DNA of 32,000 bases from Nostoc punctiforme PCC 73102 (GTDB lineage Bacteria; Cyanobacteriota; Cyanobacteriia; Cyanobacteriales; Nostocaceae): positions 5,370,001 through 5,402,000 of the forward strand of contig NC_010628.1 in NCBI RefSeq assembly GCF_000020025.1. The letters run 5' to 3'. The position numbers and the translations under genes are program-made. Under the pieces are notes generated by a model that had not been told where the DNA came from, made no database searches, and saw nothing but the letters and a program-made list of their open reading frames with translations. Shown in pieces: positions 1-8,356 of the stretch; the first letter of the stretch is position 1, and every line of letters begins with the position of its first letter.

Positions 1-925
1 AAGCAGCGATCGCAGCTATCACCACTCCCCAAACCTGAATTCTTCGCTCCCAATTTGGGTTAGTGTTAGAGGATACATTTAAGACAGGCTGAGGAGTTTC
101 CCCTGTTAACCCCAAAGAGTCGAGCCATTCTCGCATTGATTGAGGACGCTGCTTAAAATCTAGCTTCATGCCTGTTAGAATTGCGCGGTTGGTGCGATCG
201 CTAATCTGAGGATTAAGGTCTTTTGGAGACACTAAATGCTCACCGTTTAGTTTGCGATTTACTGCATCGACAGGTGTTTTCCCCGTCAGAAGTTTATAGA
301 GCGTAGCTGCCAGTGAATAAATATCGCTATACGCATGAGTTATAGTACCTTTAGCATAAAGTTCAGGGGGTGTAAATCCATCAGACACTTCCTTGGTTCG
401 CCTTGTGGTTAAGATATAGTCAAAATCTAGAGCTAGACCAAAATCTATTAATACCGCTTCTGACTGCCCCTCTCGGTTCCGCAACAAAATATTTCCTGGA
501 TGCACATCCCGATGAATCAGTTCATTTTCATGTACAACTATCAGTGCTTCCCCAATTTGCTGAATGTAACGTAGTGCGTCAACTTCCGAAAGTTTTGGTG
601 GACGGAGGTCAGCCAAACTCACTCCATCCACATACTCCATTACCAGACACGGATAATCTCCTTCCTTAAACGGTGTTCTGAACTGCACAATATGCTGATG
701 CTGACATCGGGTGAGATTTACCGCCTCCTGCCAAAACATAGTCTCTAACCGAGCGCGTTCGGGCTGGCTAAGGGATTGGAGCAGATTATCATTTAAGGTT
801 TTAATGACTAAGCGATCGCTATTTCTATTTTTTACCAAATAAGTAATACCAAATCGTCCCCTTCCTAATTCTTTTTCAATAGTATATTTGCCACCTTGCA
901 ATTGATCACCTGCCACCCAAGCCAT
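1..925 (-). CDS. Serine/threonine protein kinase (Hanks-type), N-terminal catalytic domain; 3' end lies beyond the left edge of the window
   Basis: Absent from the ORF track because it runs off the edge. My translation of the minus strand from ATG (925-923) gives MAWVAGDQLQGGKYTIEKELGRGRFGITYLVKN..LVIKTLN..LIHRDVHPGNILL..LIDFGLALDFD..GFTPPELYAKG. These are kinase subdomains I (GxGxFG), II (VIK), VIb (HRD..N), VII (DFG) and VIII (PPE). The frame is open to position 1, where a hydrophobic stretch (VWGVVIAAIAA) begins. Confidence 0.85.
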   Translation of the reverse strand, partial: MAWVAGDQLQGGKYTIEKELGRGRFGITYLVKNRNSDRLVIKTLNDNLLQSLSQPERARLETMFWQEAVNLTRCQHQHIVQFRTPFKEGDYPCLVMEYVDGVSLADLRPPKLSEVDALRYIQQIGEALIVVHENELIHRDVHPGNILLRNREGQSEAVLIDFGLALDFDYILTTRRTKEVSDGFTPPELYAKGTITHAYSDIYSLAATLYKLLTGKTPVDAVNRKLNGEHLVSPKDLNPQISDRTNRAILTGMKLDFKQRPQSMREWLDSLGLTGETPQPVLNVSSNTNPNWERRIQVWGVVIAAIAA

Positions 926-1096
926 CTTTGCAACTCCCAATATATTTGTATTAATCTTCACATAAGAAAGCCTGGAGAACTGGAACCTAGCTTTACAGAA
1001 ACAGCGCTATGTCTCAGAATAAGACTCTTTGCGTCTACACTTGCTAAACTAATTTTAAATCTTGAATAAAAGCAGAGAAAAAACAACCATAGAATT

Positions 1097-1351
1097 ATGG
1101 CTCAAATCTTAGTTGAAAATTTAGATCCCATTATTCTAGAAAAGCTAGAAACTCTTGCCAAACAACACGGTAGGTCTTTGCAAGAAGAACTAAAGCAGAT
1201 CCTACAACAAGCGGCTGAAAAAGCGACACACTATCACACTGGCGGCGACATGGAAAGAACCAGAGAAGCTGTAGCACGCGCTCAAGTTAGATATACAGGA
1301 AAAATTTTCAGTGACAGTACTGAACTTATCCGCGAGGATAGAGAACGGTGA
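1097..1351 (+). CDS. Type II antitoxin, ribbon-helix-helix type (VapB/FitA-like)
   Basis: 84 aa. The N-terminus MAQILVENLDPIILEKLETLAKQHGRSLQEELKQIL looks like RHH antitoxins. Its TGA stop overlaps the GTG start of the downstream PIN gene (GTGA at 1348-1351), the classic TA coupling. Confidence 0.7.
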   Translation: MAQILVENLDPIILEKLETLAKQHGRSLQEELKQILQQAAEKATHYHTGGDMERTREAVARAQVRYTGKIFSDSTELIREDRER

Positions 1352-1767
1352 GTCAGTATGTTTTAGATGCTAGCATTGCCATAAAGTGGTTCATCCCTGA
1401 AGTCTACTCTGATGCAGCTAGGCGTTTACTAGCAAGTAATCATACTTTCCTAGTTCCAGATTTTTTCTTCCCAGAAGTGGGAAACGTCTTGTGGAAACAA
1501 GTCCGTCGTGGTGAAGACACTGCTGAAAATGCAAGACAAATATTAGCAGATTTAAATGCAGTTCCTGTAGAGGTGTACTTATCTCAGCTGTTAATGCCAC
1601 TTGCTTTAGATATTGCCCTTCAGAGCGATCGTGCAGTGTATGACAGTTTATACTTAGTCCTTGCTATTACTCAACAATGCCAGATGGTAACAGCAGACGA
1701 AAAATTTTACAACGCACTGAAAACCAGTAGCTACGCAAGTAATCTTTTATGGGTAGAGAATATTTAA
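1348..1767 (+). CDS. vapC: PIN-domain ribonuclease toxin (VapC family)
   Basis: 139 aa. Acidic PIN signature residues are spaced as expected (YVLDASIAIKW near the N-terminus, ..FFFPEVGNVL.., ..VYDSLYLVLA.., ..VTADEKF..). There is a 4-nt overlap with the upstream small RHH gene. Confidence 0.8.
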   Translation: MSQYVLDASIAIKWFIPEVYSDAARRLLASNHTFLVPDFFFPEVGNVLWKQVRRGEDTAENARQILADLNAVPVEVYLSQLLMPLALDIALQSDRAVYDSLYLVLAITQQCQMVTADEKFYNALKTSSYASNLLWVENI

Positions 1768-1851
1768 AAAGCTTTGATGTAGACTACCGCAAGCATCTCT
1801 TCTTCCACTGCTAAACTAAAAAACAACCCTTACTCCTGCAAAGGTAGTCTT

Positions 1852-2553
1852 ATGACCTCTGCAACCGATCCATCCACCGCCCTCACACCGTTCCCAGACC
1901 ATACGCAGCTACCAGAGTCTGATGGTACTTTCGTGAAAAATTTTCAGGAACATCCCCAAAGCATTCTCCTAACGGACTCTATTAAGCCGATATTGCAAAA
2001 ACGTCATCCTGATGGGCAATACTGTATTGGTCAAGATAGTGATATCTACTGGCGCATCACTGACCCCCCAGAAAAAGGCGCAGAAGCACCAGACTGGTTT
2101 TATGTAGGGAATGTACCACCCACTCTAGATGGGCAAACGCGGAGGTCTTATGTACTCTGGCGAGAGTTTATTGCCCCATTGATTGCATTGGAATTTGTAT
2201 CTGGGGATGGTAGTGAGGAGCGAGATAAAACTCCTTGGAAAGGGAAATTTTGGATTTATGAGCAGGTGATTCGTCCTCCTTTCTACGGCATTTATGAAGT
2301 GAATAAAGCCAGCGTAGAAGTTTATGAATTAATTGGTGGACAATATCAATTATTAACGGCAAATGAACGCGGACATTATCCCATACATCCTTTAGGAGTT
2401 GAGTTAGGGATTTGGCAGGGAAAATATTATAATATGGAATTACCTTGGCTACGCTGGTGGGATTTGCAAGGTAATTTGTTGTTGACTGGTGAAGAAAGAG
2501 CTGATCGCTTAACTGCCCAATTGCGATCGCTAGGTATCGAACCAGAAGCCTAG
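1852..2553 (+). CDS. Uma2 family endonuclease (DUF820, restriction-endonuclease-like fold)
   Basis: 233 aa. It has the typical cyanobacterial Uma2 layout: PDHTQLPESDG.. at the N-terminus, the core ..PLIALEFVSGDG.. (the PD-(D/E)xK-like E-x-S strand), and the C-terminal helix ..GEERADRLTAQLRSLGIEPE. Confidence 0.8.
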   Translation: MTSATDPSTALTPFPDHTQLPESDGTFVKNFQEHPQSILLTDSIKPILQKRHPDGQYCIGQDSDIYWRITDPPEKGAEAPDWFYVGNVPPTLDGQTRRSYVLWREFIAPLIALEFVSGDGSEERDKTPWKGKFWIYEQVIRPPFYGIYEVNKASVEVYELIGGQYQLLTANERGHYPIHPLGVELGIWQGKYYNMELPWLRWWDLQGNLLLTGEERADRLTAQLRSLGIEPEA

Positions 2554-2592
2554 TACTCTGTCAATAAATAATTGATGGATAAATTCCTTGTA

Positions 2593-2615
2593 GAGACGGC
2601 GATTTATCGCGTCTC
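2593..2615. terminator. Imperfect palindromic hairpin between convergent genes (possible bidirectional terminator; member of a small repeat family)
   Basis: GAGACGGCGAT-TT-ATCGCGTCTC (one bulged G) lies in the 148-nt gap between the Uma2 (+) and MpaB-like (-) genes. Related copies are at 12182-12201 and 24972-24998. Confidence 0.35.
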
Positions 2616-2701
2616 TCTAACCGTCAAAATGAATTTGACAGACCACTATATTTTTGGATGAAGGGTTATGGCAAGAGTTACTGACACAAGACACCAATCG
2701 C

Positions 2702-3580
2702 TTAAACAAGTTTGTCAGAACTTTGCTGCTTAAAATTTTCCAATGGCCCCATATTTGCAATTTCATAGCCAGTGGGATAGCTGGGGATAGGAGAGTCAAT
2801 ATAAAAATTAGGCTGATTCCGAGGTGGGAATAACCGGATTAATCTGGCTCGGATTTTTAGTAGACTTACCATAGCCGATCGCAGCAATGGCGAAGGATAG
2901 GGAAAACCAAAGGCATCGAGCATTGGCTCATCCAGTAAAGCATAGATACCTGGTTTGATCGAAGAACGCATCCACGAAGGAAACCAACTCAAAAATAAAT
3001 CGCGTGTAGCTTCCCCAACCCGACGATTTGTATCTGAATAACGAAAGTTTTGGCGTTCATAGTCAAGGTTATAGCGCTCGAATTCTTCGTAGGTTTCAGG
3101 GATATTCTGAATCTGCATTTGCTTACCTACTTCTCGCCAGAAGTAAAAAGACGCTAATTTTTCTTGTTCGCACATCAGCCGCCAACCAAACTGCAGATTC
3201 CAGCGGATAGGTTCGAAAATGAAGGTTGAAAGTACATACAGGAAATCACCGTTGTCAATCTTGAAGCGTCCGTGGAGTGTATTCATGCGTTGTAGGGCTT
3301 CTTTGCCGCGATCGCTATCATAACCCCACTTAATCATCTCTCCAACAATTATTGACGTGTCATCGTAGCGTTTTTGTGGACAATGGGTAAATTCTCCTGT
3401 CTGATTCAGCAATTTAGAAATACTAGGAACGCAATAAGTTCGCATCAAAGCAACTTCAAGTGATCGCGTCATATCCCAAGGAAACTCATAGCCATTCATC
3501 AAGTGATAAATCTGGCAATGATCTTCCACTGGATCGAGTTGCTGAATCAGATGAAGATTTTTATAGCGATTGAGAAGCAT
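2702..3580 (-). CDS. MpaB/DUF2236-family oxygenase-like protein
   Basis: 292 aa. The sequence (..YHLMNGYEFPWDMTRSLEVALMRTYCVPSISKLLNQTGEF.., ..RMNTLHGRFKI..) matches my recollection of cyanobacterial proteins annotated as 'oxygenase MpaB family / DUF2236'. The assignment is from memory, not from a search. The gene starts only 26 nt after the cupB stop on the same strand. Confidence 0.6.
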   Translation of the reverse strand: MLLNRYKNLHLIQQLDPVEDHCQIYHLMNGYEFPWDMTRSLEVALMRTYCVPSISKLLNQTGEFTHCPQKRYDDTSIIVGEMIKWGYDSDRGKEALQRMNTLHGRFKIDNGDFLYVLSTFIFEPIRWNLQFGWRLMCEQEKLASFYFWREVGKQMQIQNIPETYEEFERYNLDYERQNFRYSDTNRRVGEATRDLFLSWFPSWMRSSIKPGIYALLDEPMLDAFGFPYPSPLLRSAMVSLLKIRARLIRLFPPRNQPNFYIDSPIPSYPTGYEIANMGPLENFKQQSSDKLV

Positions 3581-3606
3581 CTAAAATTTCTCTGTATTCA
3601 ATTCAG

Positions 3607-4737
3607 TTATTTATTCACATCCAGCAACCGCGAAGTTTCTAAACGACTCATCCACTTCTCTAAATAAACTCGATTACCTTTTTCTTCATTTGGATCTTTA
3701 GTATCCAAAGGATAAGGCATCAGTCCCAAAATCGTTGCTGTTGTTACGCAAAACATCGATTTTTGGAAACTCATGCAAATTTGTACCCGCAAATCATCTT
3801 CACCCCGAAGACTGCGACGATAAATTTCGTGCAAATACTCTGGAAGATAATGACGCATATCTTGCATCAACAATGTGGGTGGAATACCTGCGCCGCCGAT
3901 GGGTAAAGGATCGGCATACAATGCGCCATACTGAAATCGCGTTTGATCTGGGGGAATTTGATAACCTTGGGCGTTGTATGAAACTGTACCGTGGAAAGGA
4001 GTTCCCCGAAAGAATACCGCTTCTACATAAGGTATTGCTGTATCTGCTAAGAAAGTCAAACCAACGCTTTTAGGAATGATTTCATAGACTTCACCCCGAA
4101 TTTTGACGGCGTAGGTAATTGGGTTTGATGCATTTGCCACTAACCCTGCTTTAATATGTTCTACAACTTCGGAAATCGATTTTATTTTGCCTTGGTCGTA
4201 GAGGTCTGATAAGCTGAGGAAGATATCAGCCATGACTCGCCAAAATTGACCTAAACCTGTGTAGTAAGCAGATACGCGCAATTGTTCTGTTAAGAAATCT
4301 GGAAACAGTTGGTTAATACCCAAAATTAAAGGGTTGTTTTTAAATTTTGCGGCAATAACGGCTTGCGCTCTTTCTTTAAATTCTGTTGTATCTAAATATG
4401 TATCTAGTCCACCGCCACCGTGCCACATCATGGCTTTCATACAATATTCGGCATACTCAAAATTAATTCGATTATGCCACCAGTGTCGGAGCAATTTCTC
4501 AACAGAAACCTCTCCATTAAAGTATTTAAAAAATGGGAAAAATATTAAAAACTGATGCTCGGCAATATAGTTAAGATTTTTTGAGTAGGCATCTAAAACC
4601 ACACCATAGCTTTTAAGAATACCAACAACTTCTAGTACATTTTCTGGACTATTAGGGAGTAATGCTTCTCCTTTTTGCAGCCGTTCAATATACTCAGCTA
4701 AGGGATTGTGAGCCGCTTTCTTTTTAATAGTTACCAT
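3607..4737 (-). CDS. cupB: CO2 hydration protein of the NDH-1 CO2-uptake complex (ChpX/CupB type)
   Basis: 376 aa, on the same strand and immediately downstream of the ndhF/ndhD paralogues. Motifs of the ChpX/ChpY family as I recall them are present (..MWHGGGGLDTYLD.., ..YADPLPIGGAGIPPTLLMQDMRHYLP..). I prefer the B/X subtype over A/Y because of the shorter length, the absence of a cupS-like gene downstream and the position next to the ccm operon. The sub-typing is inference. Confidence 0.8.
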   Translation of the reverse strand: MVTIKKKAAHNPLAEYIERLQKGEALLPNSPENVLEVVGILKSYGVVLDAYSKNLNYIAEHQFLIFFPFFKYFNGEVSVEKLLRHWWHNRINFEYAEYCMKAMMWHGGGGLDTYLDTTEFKERAQAVIAAKFKNNPLILGINQLFPDFLTEQLRVSAYYTGLGQFWRVMADIFLSLSDLYDQGKIKSISEVVEHIKAGLVANASNPITYAVKIRGEVYEIIPKSVGLTFLADTAIPYVEAVFFRGTPFHGTVSYNAQGYQIPPDQTRFQYGALYADPLPIGGAGIPPTLLMQDMRHYLPEYLHEIYRRSLRGEDDLRVQICMSFQKSMFCVTTATILGLMPYPLDTKDPNEEKGNRVYLEKWMSRLETSRLLDVNK

Positions 4738-4758
4738 TGCTATCTCTCCAAAAAGTAT

Positions 4759-4897
4759 AGGGACTGGGTACTGGGGATTGGGTACTGGGTATTGGGTATT
4801 GGTTACTGGGGATCAGACATTGGGTATTATGTATTCAGAAAAATCTTCCCTACTCCCTAATTCCTAGTCCCCAGTCCCCAGTCCCCATTTCCTACTC
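4759..4897. repeat. Inverted pair of heptameric STRR arrays filling the ndhD4-cupB spacer
   Basis: The left array (about 4759-4836) reads gggactg ggtactg gggattg ggtactg ggtattg ggtattg gttactg. The right array (about 4848-4897) reads ctactcc ctaattc ctagtcc ccagtcc ccagtcc ccatttc ctactcc. The right units are the reverse complement type (CCCCAGT = STRR1-like) of the left units, so the transcript can fold into a long imperfect hairpin. Confidence 0.8.
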
Positions 4898-4898
4898 C

Positions 4899-6404
4899 CT
4901 AATCCTTAGCCCCCATTGCTTTCTCCAAGGACACTGCTACTACTACATTTTGGCTATTCACCATTGCTGTAATTGTTGGTTCAGTCCAGTGTGCTAACCA
5001 AGCGGGTTGAATGCCGAAAATCACAATCAACACAGCTAAAATTGCAGCTGGGATGCGATCGCTCCAATACACACGTGGTAAGTTAGTAACTTGTGCAGAC
5101 AAGCGGCCAAAAAAGGCCCGGTCGAGGAGTATTAGAAAGTAAACCGCAGTTAAGCCAGTACCAAGCATTGATAGTAAAGTTTGCACTGGAAAAACTGGAA
5201 AACTGCCCCGAAAAATGATGAATTCGGAAATAAACCCGACCATTCCTGGTATCCCAGCACTGGCCATAACTCCCAAAACCATTAGGCTACCAATTACAGG
5301 CATACCCCGTTCTGGGTTCAGCAATCCTTGAAGAACATCTAAATCTCGGCTGCCGGCTTTTTTATACACAACTCCTACCAGCAAAAACAGCATGGCGGAA
5401 ATTAAGCCGTGGCTAATCATCTGCATCACAGCACCTAAAACGCTTAAGGGTGTAGATGCCGCCGTCGCTAACAGCACATAGCCCATGTGTCCAATGGAAC
5501 TGTATGCTACCATTTTTTTCATATCGGTTTGAGCGATCGCGCAGGATGCACCATACAATACACTCACCACTGCCCAAGTCGCTAACCAAGGAGCCACATA
5601 AGCCCAAGCTTCTGGTAACAAGTTCATACCAAACCGCAGTAAGCCGTAAGTTCCCAACTTCAACAACACCCCAGCCAATAGCACGGAAATTGGTGTGGAA
5701 GCTTCAACGTGAGCATCTGGCAACCAAGTATGAAAGGGAACTAAGGGAATTTTAATCCCGAAACCGATCAAAATTCCCACTAGCAGTAAAAGCTGTGTCG
5801 CTAGAGGTAGAGTCGTAGCGTTTAAGGTTGCTAGTGCAAAGCTAGAGGAACCACTCAGCCAAACCATGCCGAGGAAACTTGCCAAAATCAAGATTCCCGA
5901 AACGGCGGTATAAATAAGAAATTTTGTAGCCGCATAACCCCGCTTTTCCCCACCCCAAATAGCTATCAACAGATATAGCGGAATTAATTCTAATTCGTAA
6001 AACAGGAAAAATAACAGTAAATCCTGTGCCAGAAATGCTCCAGTCACCCCAGCGCTCAATAATAGTATCAAGGAGTAATAAAATTTAGGGCGCTGTAGAG
6101 ATTCATCGCTACTGTAGATGGCAATAGAAGTTAACAGTCCATTCAAACCCAGGAGTGGCAAAGATAAACCATCAATTCCTAGGTTATAGTTTAAGCCTAA
6201 GACATCTATCCAAGGTACAGACTCAGCAAACTGTTGAGTTATTTCCCCTGGATGGAACTGAATTGCTAGTACGATTGTCCACAAGAAAGCGATAATGGCA
6301 AAGACCAAAGCCACCCCACGGGCAAATTTCCCATTGATACCAGAGGGCGAGAAACCAATTAAAGCTGCACCGATTAACGGCACTAGAATTAAAACACTAA
6401 GCAT
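4899..6404 (-). CDS. ndhD4: NAD(P)H-quinone oxidoreductase subunit 4 paralogue of the CO2-uptake NDH-1 complex (NdhD4 type)
   Basis: 501-aa polytopic membrane protein of the NuoM/NdhD family (..VPFHTWLPDAHVEASTP..). It lies between an NdhF paralogue and a Cup protein. The D4-versus-D3 call rests on context (see cupB). Confidence 0.85.
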   Translation of the reverse strand: MLSVLILVPLIGAALIGFSPSGINGKFARGVALVFAIIAFLWTIVLAIQFHPGEITQQFAESVPWIDVLGLNYNLGIDGLSLPLLGLNGLLTSIAIYSSDESLQRPKFYYSLILLLSAGVTGAFLAQDLLLFFLFYELELIPLYLLIAIWGGEKRGYAATKFLIYTAVSGILILASFLGMVWLSGSSSFALATLNATTLPLATQLLLLVGILIGFGIKIPLVPFHTWLPDAHVEASTPISVLLAGVLLKLGTYGLLRFGMNLLPEAWAYVAPWLATWAVVSVLYGASCAIAQTDMKKMVAYSSIGHMGYVLLATAASTPLSVLGAVMQMISHGLISAMLFLLVGVVYKKAGSRDLDVLQGLLNPERGMPVIGSLMVLGVMASAGIPGMVGFISEFIIFRGSFPVFPVQTLLSMLGTGLTAVYFLILLDRAFFGRLSAQVTNLPRVYWSDRIPAAILAVLIVIFGIQPAWLAHWTEPTITAMVNSQNVVVAVSLEKAMGAKD

Positions 6405-6413
6405 AAGCAGATA

Positions 6414-6494
6414 TGGAATGGGGAATGGGGAATTGGGAATGGGAAAAAACTCTTACCCAATCACAAATGACAAATGACCAATGATCAATGACAA
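6414..6494. repeat. Two adjacent heptamer (STRR) arrays in the ndhF4-ndhD4 spacer
   Basis: ggaatgg ggaatgg ggaattg ggaatgg (6414-6446) is followed by atcacaa atgacaa atgacca atgatca atgacaa (6460-6494). The same two unit families recur in the ccm operon spacers (12281-12322 and 10067-10135). Confidence 0.75.
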
Positions 6495-6499
6495 TATCT

Positions 6500-8356
6500 T
6501 TAAAAAGGCAATTTATCTAGTAAACCCGATGACCAGCCGATGAAGAAAACCAGGACGCTGACAACTGCGAGGATGGTCAACATATAGCCCTGAGATTGCC
6601 CAGAAATGCTGTACTTTAAAGTTTGTCCGCCAAAAATCGTCGCAAACCCAACTAAGTTTACTAGACCATCGACTAAATAGCGATCGCTCCAAGCAGAAAT
6701 TTTAGATAGCAGTGCGACTGCACTCACCACCGTTACGCGATAAACTCGGTCAATATAAAAATCATAACCTAATAAGTCTTGCACAAATCTCCACGCCAAA
6801 AATCTGGATCTTGACCAAGCCTTGTGCAGATAAACTGTAGAACCTATAACTACTCCCAGCACAGTAGAAGCAAACAACGCTAATGCTACATACCAATTAA
6901 TACTTTCCCAATCTGGTAGTAAGTACCATTGCTGTAACATCAAAGGCAAAAGTAAAGTCAAGATTGTGAGAGTCACCATCGGGAAGGCCATTTGCCAACC
7001 AACTTCTGGCGTGCGTCGGGTCTTTTGTTGCGGTTTCCCCCAGAAGACTAATCTGAATACTCTAGTTAAGTTCAATGCTGTCAAGCCATTGACTAATAGT
7101 AAAACCCCAATCACCCAAGGGCTAATATTCACGAAACCGTCCGCCCATCCTAGCATTGCCCAGAAGCTTCCCAATGGTAGAAACGTTACCATCCCCGCCG
7201 AACCGACAATAAAGGCGGTGGTGGTGGCTGGCATCCGTGACCAAAGTCCGCCCATTTCTGTTAAGTCTTGGCTTTGGGTAGTTAAGATGACTGAACCGGA
7301 ACTCATAAATAATAATGCTTTAGCGATCGCATGAGTTAACAGCAACATCAAGGCCACACCCCCTTGCTGCAACCCTACCGCTAAAAACACTAACCCCATG
7401 TATGCACTGGTAGAATGAGATAGCGATCGCTTAATGTCAATTTGAGCTATAGATACTAATGTTGCCCCAATTGCCGTTACTGTACCCATGATTACCAAAG
7501 CATTCAAGGCAACTGGCGACAGTGCTAACAATGGTTGAAATTTATACAGTAAATAAGCGCCACCAGCTACTACCAGCGAGTTTCGCATTACCGAAGCAGG
7601 ATTGGGTCCTTCCATCGCCTCATCTAACCACAGATGTAGTGGAAATTGGGCACATTTCCCAGCCGGTCCAGCAATTAACGCCAAACCCAGCAATGTTGAT
7701 GTCACTGGGCTTAAATTAGCTGTTTGTGCCCACTCATATAAATCTGAAAAGTTCAAACTGCCGGCTAAGTTGGAAAGTGTCACCGTAGCCATCAGCAGCA
7801 ACAAGTCTCCTACCCGTTTAGTCCAAAACGCATCTCGCGCCGCCGTCACTACTAGCGGTTGAGCATACCAGAATCCCACTAGCAAGTAAGTCGAAAGTGT
7901 CAGAACTTCCAAAAGGGCATAGCTGAGAAATAAAGAATCGCTGATTGCTAGACCAGTCAACGCTGCTTCAAAAAATCCTAGCAGCGCAAAAAAACGCGCC
8001 AGCGACCAGTCCTTTTCCATGTAACCCAGAGCGTAAACTTGTGCCAGTAAGCTTAAACCTGTAATTAAAACTGTTGCCCCAATACTGACTGCTGAAATTT
8101 CCAAGGTAAAAGATAAGTCTAAATCAGCAGCTTTGAACCACGGCACCAGTAACTTTTCTGGTTCTCTATCCCAGATATTTTTAAATACAAATAGACTATG
8201 GACAAAAGCCACAACAGTTGTCAACAAGTTTATGTATGCCGCAGGTCTTGGCCCTGTTCGCTGAATTATTCCTATTCCCCAGGGCAACGTCAAAATTGCG
8301 CCTAATAAGCTATATAAAGGCACAAACCAACTTGTTGAAAATAGAAATTGCTCCAT
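6500..8356 (-). CDS. ndhF4: NAD(P)H-quinone oxidoreductase subunit 5 paralogue of the CO2-uptake NDH-1 complex (NdhF4 type)
   Basis: 618-aa polytopic membrane protein of the NuoL/NdhF family (..CAQFPLHLWLDEAMEGPNPASVMRNS..). It is the first gene of the ndhF-ndhD-cup cluster. Confidence 0.85.
   Translation of the reverse strand: MEQFLFSTSWFVPLYSLLGAILTLPWGIGIIQRTGPRPAAYINLLTTVVAFVHSLFVFKNIWDREPEKLLVPWFKAADLDLSFTLEISAVSIGATVLITGLSLLAQVYALGYMEKDWSLARFFALLGFFEAALTGLAISDSLFLSYALLEVLTLSTYLLVGFWYAQPLVVTAARDAFWTKRVGDLLLLMATVTLSNLAGSLNFSDLYEWAQTANLSPVTSTLLGLALIAGPAGKCAQFPLHLWLDEAMEGPNPASVMRNSLVVAGGAYLLYKFQPLLALSPVALNALVIMGTVTAIGATLVSIAQIDIKRSLSHSTSAYMGLVFLAVGLQQGGVALMLLLTHAIAKALLFMSSGSVILTTQSQDLTEMGGLWSRMPATTTAFIVGSAGMVTFLPLGSFWAMLGWADGFVNISPWVIGVLLLVNGLTALNLTRVFRLVFWGKPQQKTRRTPEVGWQMAFPMVTLTILTLLLPLMLQQWYLLPDWESINWYVALALFASTVLGVVIGSTVYLHKAWSRSRFLAWRFVQDLLGYDFYIDRVYRVTVVSAVALLSKISAWSDRYLVDGLVNLVGFATIFGGQTLKYSISGQSQGYMLTILAVVSVLVFFIGWSSGLLDKLPF

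Noticed and set aside
403-669. 88-aa plus-strand ORF from the ORF track
   Set aside because: It lies entirely antisense to the kinase catalytic domain, whose HRD and DFG motifs are encoded on the opposite strand here. It is a shadow ORF.
3607-4737. Alternative call of CupA/ChpY (with ndhD3/ndhF3) for the CO2-uptake cluster
   Set aside because: The 376-aa length, the lack of a cupS-like gene downstream and the linkage to the ccm operon favour the CupB/NdhD4/NdhF4 set. Only a phylogeny could settle it.
4759-4897. Tandem short repeats that might be mistaken for a CRISPR array (also at 6414-6494, 10067-10135 and 12281-12322)
   Set aside because: The period is 7 nt with no unique spacers and no cas genes. 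These are STRR-type heptamer arrays, not CRISPR.
5413-7862. Several 60-122-aa ORFs (5413-5607, 5456-5755, 6966-7334, 7522-7719, 7602-7862)
   Set aside because: All lie inside, and antisense or out of frame to, the well-supported ndhD4/ndhF4 membrane-protein genes.
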